From positions 14,580-78,579 of the forward strand of contig CACLQI010000002.1 of NCBI GenBank assembly GCA_902608975.1: DNA of 64,000 nucleotides. Reading direction: 5' to 3'. The notes beneath the pieces were generated by a model that was not told the DNA's origin, made no database searches, and saw only the letters and a list, made by a program, of their open reading frames with translations. The position numbers and the translations under genes are program-made. Shown one piece after another: positions 56,904 to 64,000 of this stretch (positions within the stretch are counted from its first letter, which is position 1; the number at the start of each line of letters is the position of its first letter). The DNA is from an uncultured Pelagibacteraceae bacterium. GTDB taxonomy: Bacteria; Pseudomonadota; Alphaproteobacteria; Pelagibacterales; Pelagibacteraceae.

Positions 56904-59096
56904 TTATGACCCCATAAAACTTTTTAACCAATTATTATTTGAATCCATTAAATCGTCAATTGATACTTTTGTCTTATCATCAATAAAAATGTCTTTATCT
57001 AAAACAACACCCAATTCATCGTAGTGAACTGAGTTTTTTTGAAGCATTTCCATAACTTGTTTGTAATTTTCTTTCTCGATTTCAACAATATATCTTCCTT
57101 GGTCTTCTGCAAACAAGTACTGGAATTCATTAATTAATTGTTTTGGTTTTTTTATTCTAAAACCTTTTCTACCTTTGATACACATTTTTGCGATTCCAAC
57201 AATTATTCCTCCCAAGGAAATATCATGTACAGATTTAACAAATTTTTTCTTAATTAAATTTAAAATCATTTCTCCATTATTTTTCTCATTAAATAAATTT
57301 ACTTCAGGAGGAGGTCCATTTTTAATATTTAAAATATCTCTAGAAAAAACACTTTGATCTAAATGACCTTCAGTTTTACCTATAACTAAAACAATGTTAT
57401 CAACTTTTTTAAAATCCATTGTGATCATATCTTTATAATTTTTTAGCAAACCAATGCCCCCTATTGAAGGAGTTGGCTTTATACCTTTTTCTTTAGTTTG
57501 ATTGTAAAAAGATACATTTCCAGAAACTACAGGGAAATTTAAATATTTGCTTGCTTCACCAATTCCTTGAACACATTCAACAAATTCACCCATATTTTCT
57601 TCTTTTTCAGGATTTCCAAAATTTAAACAATTTGTTATTGCAATAGGTTCAGCACCAACAGAAATTAAATTTCTCCAACTTTCACAAACAACTTGTTTAC
57701 CACCGGTTAATGGATGCGCATAGCAATATGAAGCTGAAGCATCTACAGTTGCTGCTACAGCCTTATTAGTTCCATGGACTCTGACAATACCTGCGTCGCC
57801 ACCTGGTTTTTGAATGGTATCTCCCATTACAGTATGATCATACTGTCGCCAAATCCATTCTTTGCTACAAATATTAGGATTGGATAATAATTTATTTAAT
57901 ACATTTAAAATTTTTAAATTTTTAAAAGTATTTTTGTTAACTTTATTTTTTTTTACTAGTTTAGATTTTTTCCATTTTCTATCGTACATAGGTGAGTTTT
58001 CCACCAACGTATCAACAGGAATATCAGCAACTTTCTCTTCATCATAAAATAGTTCAATTTTTTTTGTTTCAGTTGTTTCTCCTATTATTGAAAAATCTAA
58101 ATTCCATTTATCAAATATTTTTTTAGCTTCTTTTTCTTTTCCATTTTCTAAAACTATAAGCATTCTTTCTTGACTTTCAGACAACATTATTTCGTATGGT
58201 GTCATGTTTGATTCTCTGCAAGGAACTTTATTTAAATTGAGTTTTATTCCTAATTTACCTTTAGATGCCATTTCTATACTTGAAGAAGTTAATCCAGCAG
58301 CCCCCATATCTTGAATTGCTATTATTGACTCTCCTGACATCAGCTCCAGACAAGCTTCAAGTAAAAGCTTCTCAGTAAATGGATCACCAACTTGAACAGT
58401 TGGTTTTTTTTCTTCTATTTTTTCATCAAAAATTGCTGATGCCATACTAGCACCGTGAATTCCATCTCTTCCTGTTTTTGATCCTACATAAATTACTGGT
58501 TTATTTATTCCTGCAGCTTTCGAATAAAATATTTTATTTTTTTTTACCAGACCCAGAGTCATTGCGTTAACAAGAATGTTACCATTATAAGACTCATCAA
58601 AACATGTTTGTCCTCCTATTGTAGGAACACCTATGCAGTTACCGTATCCTCCGATTCCACGAACAACGCCTCTTAGTAAATTTTTAGTTTTTTTATGCTG
58701 AGGTGAACCAAAATGAATAGAGTTTAAGTTTGCTATTGGTCTAGCACCCATTGTAAAAACATCTCTCATGATACCACCAACTCCAGTTGCTGCTCCTTGG
58801 TAAGGTTCTATAAAAGATGGATGATTGTGACTTTCTATTTTAAAAACTATTGCATCATCATCACCTATATCTACAACACCTGCATTTTCACCAGGTCCCT
58901 GAATTACTTTTTTTCCTTTAGTAGGTAAATTTTTTAAGTGTAATCTTGATGATTTATAGGAGCAATGTTCATTCCACATTGCTGAGAAAATTCCAAGTTC
59001 AGTAATATTTGGTGTTCTATTTAACAAATCACATATCTTTTTATATTCAGTCTTGTTTAATCCATGCTCTAGAGCTAATGACTCGTTAACTTCCAT
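56904..59096 (-). CDS. purL: Phosphoribosylformylglycinamidine synthase subunit PurL
   Basis: [47 protein letters not shown]. Confidence 0.97.
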   Translation of the reverse strand: MEVNESLALEHGLNKTEYKKICDLLNRTPNITELGIFSAMWNEHCSYKSSRLHLKNLPTKGKKVIQGPGENAGVVDIGDDDAIVFKIESHNHPSFIEPYQGAATGVGGIMRDVFTMGARPIANLNSIHFGSPQHKKTKNLLRGVVRGIGGYGNCIGVPTIGGQTCFDESYNGNILVNAMTLGLVKKNKIFYSKAAGINKPVIYVGSKTGRDGIHGASMASAIFDEKIEEKKPTVQVGDPFTEKLLLEACLELMSGESIIAIQDMGAAGLTSSSIEMASKGKLGIKLNLNKVPCRESNMTPYEIMLSESQERMLIVLENGKEKEAKKIFDKWNLDFSIIGETTETKKIELFYDEEKVADIPVDTLVENSPMYDRKWKKSKLVKKNKVNKNTFKNLKILNVLNKLLSNPNICSKEWIWRQYDHTVMGDTIQKPGGDAGIVRVHGTNKAVAATVDASASYCYAHPLTGGKQVVCESWRNLISVGAEPIAITNCLNFGNPEKEENMGEFVECVQGIGEASKYLNFPVVSGNVSFYNQTKEKGIKPTPSIGGIGLLKNYKDMITMDFKKVDNIVLVIGKTEGHLDQSVFSRDILNIKNGPPPEVNLFNEKNNGEMILNLIKKKFVKSVHDISLGGIIVGIAKMCIKGRKGFRIKKPKQLINEFQYLFAEDQGRYIVEIEKENYKQVMEMLQKNSVHYDELGVVLDKDIFIDDKTKVSIDDLMDSNNNWLKSFMGS

Positions 59097-59780
59097 TTAT
59101 CTTAAATTAGTTATTAAGTTTTCAAAAAAAACAGAGCCATCATCGCCGGACAAATATGTATCTATCATTCTTTCTGGGTGAGGCATCATTCCAAGAATAT
59201 TTTTTTGCTTATTAAATATGCCAGCTATATTTTTAATAGCTCCATTAGGATTTGAGTCATCATTAACTTCTCCATCTCTATTACAATAAGATACAGCAAT
59301 TTGGTTATTATCATTTATATTTTTCATCTGATCAGAAGAACAAAAAAAATTACCTTCGTTATGTGCTATATGCAGTTCTAAAATATTTTTTTTAATATTT
59401 TTAAAATAACTATTTTCAGTACTATTTATTTTTATAAATACATTTTTACATATAAATTCTGAATATTTATTTCTTAATAGAGCCCCAGGAAGCAACTCTG
59501 TTTCAGTTAAAATTTGAAAGCCATTGCAAATACCCATTAATAAACCACCAGAATTTGCAAATTTAATAACAGACTCAATAATTTTTGATTTTGATGCCAT
59601 ACTTCCACATCTTAAATAATCACCATAGGAAAAACCGCCAGGCAAAACTACCAAATCACTTTTAGGTAATTCAGTATCATTATGCCAAACCATTTTATTT
59701 TTAAAACCAAATTTTTTAAGAGCTACATCCATATCTCTATCGCAATTTGATCCAGGAAAGATAATTACAGATGAATTCAT
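59097..59780 (-). CDS. purQ: FGAM synthase glutaminase subunit
   Basis: FPGSNCDRD, PGGFSYGDYLR, GICNGFQIL, GMMPHPER. Confidence 0.97.
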   Translation of the reverse strand: MNSSVIIFPGSNCDRDMDVALKKFGFKNKMVWHNDTELPKSDLVVLPGGFSYGDYLRCGSMASKSKIIESVIKFANSGGLLMGICNGFQILTETELLPGALLRNKYSEFICKNVFIKINSTENSYFKNIKKNILELHIAHNEGNFFCSSDQMKNINDNNQIAVSYCNRDGEVNDDSNPNGAIKNIAGIFNKQKNILGMMPHPERMIDTYLSGDDGSVFFENLITNLR

Positions 59781-59786
59781 TATTTA

Positions 59787-60029
59787 TTACTGTGATCCAA
59801 TAATTTTATAATCTTCAATTACAAGGTTAGCTAAAAGTTTTTTACACATATCTTCAGCTTTTTCTTCTGCTTTTTTTTTATCATTTTCATCAATTTCGAT
59901 TTCGAAGTATTTTCCTTGTCTAACTTCTTTAACACTAGAAAAGCCCATTCCATTTAAAGCTTGATGTACAACTTTACCTTGTGGATCTAAAACATCTTTT
60001 TTTAAAGTAACTATCGCAGAGATTTTCAT
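59787..60029 (-). CDS. purS: FGAM synthase subunit PurS
   Basis: [21 protein letters not shown]. Confidence 0.96.
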   Translation of the reverse strand: MKISAIVTLKKDVLDPQGKVVHQALNGMGFSSVKEVRQGKYFEIEIDENDKKKAEEKAEDMCKKLLANLVIEDYKIIGSQ

Positions 60030-60814
60030 TTTTTAATTTTTTTCTTAAATGCACTTAAATTAGTAACATTAGACGAGTCCACATTTTCTTGTTCATGCAA
60101 AATACCCAACCTTTTTGCAACTTCTGTATATGCTGGTATTAATCCACCAAGGTTTTTTCTAAATCTATCTTTATCAAGTTTTTTTTCAGTTAAAGAATCC
60201 CACAATCTGCATGTATCAGGACTTATTTCATCTGCAAGAATTATATCTTTTTTGTTATTTGATTTTATACGACCAAACTCTAGTTTAAAATCGACTAGTT
60301 TAATTCCAATACCTCTAAACATACCAATCATAAAATCATTTATTCTTAGGATAATTTTTTTAATTTTTTCAATTTCTTTTTTGGTTGCCCAACCAAAGGC
60401 TAGAATATGTTCTTCTGCTATTAATGGATCTCCAAGCTTGTCATCTTTAAGACAATACTCCAACAAAGGTTGCTTTAACACAGTACCATCTTCAATACCA
60501 AGTCTTTTTGTAATTGAACCTGAGGCTATATTTCTGACAACGAACTCAATAGGAATAATTTCTGCAAGCTTAATTACTTGTTCTCTCATATTCAGTCTTT
60601 TCACTAAATGAGTTTTTATTCCTATTTGGTTTAAATTTTCGAGAATATGTTCTGATATCCTGTTGTTTAAAACACCTTTACCATTAATTTTAGATTTTTT
60701 TTGATTATTAAATGCAGTCGCATCATCTTTAAAGTATTGTATAGCTAGACTTTTATTATTAGTAGAATAAATAATTTTTGCTTTGCCTTCGTATAATTTT
60801 TTACCCTTTTTCAT
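60026..60814 (-). CDS. purC: SAICAR synthase
   Basis: [43 protein letters not shown]. Confidence 0.97.
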   Translation of the reverse strand: MKKGKKLYEGKAKIIYSTNNKSLAIQYFKDDATAFNNQKKSKINGKGVLNNRISEHILENLNQIGIKTHLVKRLNMREQVIKLAEIIPIEFVVRNIASGSITKRLGIEDGTVLKQPLLEYCLKDDKLGDPLIAEEHILAFGWATKKEIEKIKKIILRINDFMIGMFRGIGIKLVDFKLEFGRIKSNNKKDIILADEISPDTCRLWDSLTEKKLDKDRFRKNLGGLIPAYTEVAKRLGILHEQENVDSSNVTNLSAFKKKIKK

Positions 60815-62106
60815 TAACCGATTACTCTTCTAAATATTAAGTTAATATTTTTATAATGTGAGGAATGGTTAAAAATAGATTTTAATTTTTTTAGTGAAAT
60901 TTTAGAAATTATGAATTTATCTTTAGATAATAGATCAAACAAACTTAAGTTTTCTAAAAAACATCTTTTTGCATATTTTTGAACAATTTTATAAGATTTT
61001 TCTCTACTTAATCCAGACTTTGTTAACTCGATCATCACCTCTTGTGAAAAAATTACTCCTTTTGTAAGATTTAAATTTTCAACCATTTTTTTTGGATAAA
61101 CAACCATTTTATCAAGTATATTTTTTAGACGCACAAGAGCAAAATCCAAAGTTATATTTGCATCAGGAGCTATATTTCTTTCAACGCTAGAGTGTGAAAT
61201 ATCTCTTTCGTGCCATAACGCAATATTTTCTAACGCTGGTACAACTGCACCTCTTACAATTCGTGAAAGACCAGTTAGATTTTCACTTAATATTGGATTT
61301 TTTTTATGAGGCATTGCGGATGAGCCTTTTTGGTCTTTTGAAAAGAACTCTTGTAACTCATACACTTCTGTTCTCTGTAAATGTCTAATTTCTATTGCAA
61401 CTCTTTCAATTGAGCCAGCGATAATTCCTAAAATAGAAAAATAAAACGCATGTCTGTCACGAGGTATTACTTGAGTAGAAATAGGTTCAATTTTTAAACC
61501 AAGTTTTTTTGCAACATGCTTTTCGACTTTTGGACTTACGTTTGCAAAAGTTCCAACTGCACCAGAAATAGCACATGTTGACACTTCATCAATTGCATTT
61601 AAAAGTCTTTTTCTATTTCTCTTAAACTCTTCATAGAAAGAAGCAAGTTTTAGTCCAAATGTTATTGGTTCTGCGTGAATACCATGGCTTCTTCCTATAC
61701 AAGGTGTGTATTTATGTTTTTTTGCTTGTCTTTTTAAAACTTTTAAAATTTGATCTATATCTTTTATTAATATTTTTCCTGATTGAACTAATTGAATATT
61801 TAAACTTGTATCCAAGACATCAGACGAGGTCATTCCTTGGTGTAGATATCTAGCCTTTATTCCAGCTTTTTCAGTTACAGAAGTAAGAAAAGCTATAACA
61901 TCATGTTTGACTTTAGATTCTATTTGGTGAATTCTTTTTACATTAATCTTTGCTTTTTTTTTAACAACAGACGAAACTCCTTTTGGAATTTGACCTAGTT
62001 TTTCCATAGCTTGAGCGGCAGCTATTTCTACATCAAGCCAAATTTTATATTTATTTTCTTCGGACCAAATTTCTGTAAGTTCTTTTCTAGAGTATCTTTT
62101 AATCAT
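60814..62106 (-). CDS. purB: Adenylosuccinate lyase
   Basis: [44 protein letters not shown]. Confidence 0.97.
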   Translation of the reverse strand: MIKRYSRKELTEIWSEENKYKIWLDVEIAAAQAMEKLGQIPKGVSSVVKKKAKINVKRIHQIESKVKHDVIAFLTSVTEKAGIKARYLHQGMTSSDVLDTSLNIQLVQSGKILIKDIDQILKVLKRQAKKHKYTPCIGRSHGIHAEPITFGLKLASFYEEFKRNRKRLLNAIDEVSTCAISGAVGTFANVSPKVEKHVAKKLGLKIEPISTQVIPRDRHAFYFSILGIIAGSIERVAIEIRHLQRTEVYELQEFFSKDQKGSSAMPHKKNPILSENLTGLSRIVRGAVVPALENIALWHERDISHSSVERNIAPDANITLDFALVRLKNILDKMVVYPKKMVENLNLTKGVIFSQEVMIELTKSGLSREKSYKIVQKYAKRCFLENLSLFDLLSKDKFIISKISLKKLKSIFNHSSHYKNINLIFRRVIG

Positions 62107-62112
62107 TAATTA

Positions 62113-62883
62113 TTAGTAAGGAGGCTTATGATAACCTTTAACAGATTCTGTAAAAATTTCATATCCATTTTCAGTAATTCCCAGTGTATGTTCAAATTGA
62201 GCGGATAAGGATTTATCTTTTGTAACAGCTGTCCATCCATCAGCAAGAACTTTTACTTCATATTTTCCACTATTGATCATTGGTTCAATTGTAAAAGTCG
62301 CACCTGGCAATAATTCTATTCCGGTATCTTTTTTTCCATAATGAAGAACATTAGGTGCTTCATGAAATTTAGTACTAACTCCATGTCCACAAAAATCTTT
62401 TACAACAGAAAAACCTTTTTCTTCAACATACGACTGTATTTCATGACCTATATCACCGAGCTTTATACCTGGTTTTAAAATATTTATAGCTTTCATCATA
62501 GCTTCATATGTAGCGTTTATTAAATTTTTTGCTTTAACTGGAGTTTTGCCAACACAAAACATTCTACTTGTGTCTCCATGATGATTATCAACAATAGCAG
62601 TTACATCTATGTTAACAATATCTCCATCGTTTAAAGCTCTATCAGAAGGTATGCCATGACATACAACATGGTTTAAAGATGTGCATAAAGATTTTTTATA
62701 ACCACGATAAAATAATGGAGCTGAAAATCCTCCATTATCTCTAATAAATTCATATCCGAGTTTATCAATTTCATCAGTTGAAACTCCCGGTTTAATGTTT
62801 TCAGCTATCATATCAAGAGTTCTTGCTGCGAGATTTCCTGCATTTCGCATTTTTTCAAATTTTTCTTTATAATTATTCATCAA
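62113..62883 (-). CDS. map: Methionine aminopeptidase type I
   Basis: CTS.N.VVCHGIP, NIDVT, GDTSRM, GHGV...FHE, FTIEPM, SAQFEHT. Confidence 0.96.
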   Translation of the reverse strand: MMNNYKEKFEKMRNAGNLAARTLDMIAENIKPGVSTDEIDKLGYEFIRDNGGFSAPLFYRGYKKSLCTSLNHVVCHGIPSDRALNDGDIVNIDVTAIVDNHHGDTSRMFCVGKTPVKAKNLINATYEAMMKAINILKPGIKLGDIGHEIQSYVEEKGFSVVKDFCGHGVSTKFHEAPNVLHYGKKDTGIELLPGATFTIEPMINSGKYEVKVLADGWTAVTKDKSLSAQFEHTLGITENGYEIFTESVKGYHKPPY

Positions 62884-63559
62884 TAATATTTATTTTTTTT
62901 TCAATTTTTATTTCTTTAGAATTCAAGATACATCTGTAAGCTAGGAATTTAACACCTGCTTTTTTTGCCATCATATAATTTTGATAATAATTATTATCAA
63001 TATCTTTTGCTATTCTAAAATTATTTATACCTTGGATTTGAGTTAAAAATAAGACATAAGGTTTATAACTTTTTTTAATAGAATTAATAAGATTTATAAG
63101 GTGTTTTGAACCTCTTGATGTAACAGCATCAGGGAATTCTGCTAAATTTTCGCTTCTAAGCAATGTAACATTTTTTACTTCAATTATATTTTTATCACAT
63201 AAAAAATCAAACCTGGTGTCTTTAGAGTATTTAAATTCAGGAGTAATTTTTTTAATTGATTTAAATTCTTTAATTAGTTGATTTTTTAATCCATGTTCAA
63301 CTATTCTATTTGCTCTATGAGTGTTAACACCTATAAGTTTTTTTTTTACCTTAATCATTTCCAAAGTAAATTTTAATTTACGATTTGGATTATTGTTTTT
63401 TGTTGCCCAGACATCATTTCCCTCATCTAGCAAACCCATCATCGAACCAGTATTAGGACAATGAGCGGTTATGATTGAATTATTTACTTTTATATCAACA
63501 AAAAACCTTTTATACCGTTTGATTAGTTTGCCTTTAATTAAAGTATTGGTAAATTTCAT
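62873..63559 (-). CDS. sfsA: Sugar fermentation stimulation protein / nuclease SfsA
   Basis: LIKRYKRF, AHCPNTGSM, IEVKNVTL, FPDAVTSRG.KHL. Confidence 0.93.
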   Translation of the reverse strand: MKFTNTLIKGKLIKRYKRFFVDIKVNNSIITAHCPNTGSMMGLLDEGNDVWATKNNNPNRKLKFTLEMIKVKKKLIGVNTHRANRIVEHGLKNQLIKEFKSIKKITPEFKYSKDTRFDFLCDKNIIEVKNVTLLRSENLAEFPDAVTSRGSKHLINLINSIKKSYKPYVLFLTQIQGINNFRIAKDIDNNYYQNYMMAKKAGVKFLAYRCILNSKEIKIEKKINIIDE

Positions 63560-63581
63560 TATAATTTATTTATATTTGTAA

Positions 63582-64000
63582 ATGACAAATAAAAAAGAAA
63601 TATTTGCTGGAATTATTATAATAGGAAATGAAATACTATCAGGTAGAACCCAAGATACGAATACAAGTACCTTATCAATTTGGTTAAATTCTTTAGGAAT
63701 TAAAGTTCAAGAAGTAAGAACCATTCCTGATATTGAAAAAACTATTATTAGTACAGTTAACGAATTAAGAAAAAAGTATGATTATATTTTTACCTCAGGT
63801 GGAATAGGTCCAACTCATGATGATATAACTGCTTCATCAATTTCAAAAGCATTCAACTTAAAGTACGGACCTCATGAAGAAGCAATGAGCATATTAGAAA
63901 AATATTATAAACCTGGTGAATTTAATGAAGGTCGACAAAAAATGGCATGGATGCCTACAGTAGCAAATTTAATACTTAATCCAACAAGTGGCGCCCCGGG
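63582..64000 (+). CDS. CinA-like molybdopterin-binding domain protein, N-terminal part (runs off the window)
   Basis: Not in the ORF track; manual translation gives MTNKKEIFAGIIIIGNEILSGRTQDTN...FTSGGIGPTHDDIT. Confidence 0.88.
   Translation, partial: MTNKKEIFAGIIIIGNEILSGRTQDTNTSTLSIWLNSLGIKVQEVRTIPDIEKTIISTVNELRKKYDYIFTSGGIGPTHDDITASSISKAFNLKYGPHEEAMSILEKYYKPGEFNEGRQKMAWMPTVANLILNPTSGAP

Noticed and set aside
1324-61853. Many 60-120 aa ORFs nested in or antisense to long genes (e.g. 2658..2921, 38554..38862, 40795..41073, 60252..60611)
   Set aside because: All lie on well-supported genes and look like off-frame or antisense translations.

Overview
Very AT-rich, tightly packed bacterial chromosome segment. 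Gene content, gene order and the very short intergenic spacers point to a SAR11 / Candidatus Pelagibacter-like alphaproteobacterium (inferred, not database-checked). Most of the window is core metabolism: ald, a GcvT-family dehydrogenase, apt-mtnP-mtnA-aldolase-speD/speE, a polar amino-acid ABC transporter, rpoZ-dusA, nrdAB, prpDBC, glmU-glmS, DAHP synthase, nadE, cysS, cimA, rpsD, the pur genes, map and sfsA. An accessory surface-glycan region spans about 7.0-16.8 kb. Inside it, tRNA-Met(CAT) carries a ~1.64-kb integrase-less insert bounded by an exact 53-bp duplication of the tRNA 3' half; the insert encodes two exported proteins with unrelated N-termini and a near-identical SHOCT C-terminus. 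Other points of interest are a double winged-helix protein transcribed divergently from a small tail-anchored protein across a palindromic ACCCAA/TTGGGT array, a DHAP-shunt-type MTA salvage cluster tied to a SpeD-SpeE fusion, a GlmU with only its acetyltransferase half, a minimal malonyl-CoA-decarboxylase/GNAT-like protein, a SET-domain gene coupled to ald, and LexA-like and NrdR-like boxes upstream of nrdA. No CRISPR array, rRNA, IS or integrase was seen. All product calls come from motif recognition in the translations; no searches were run.
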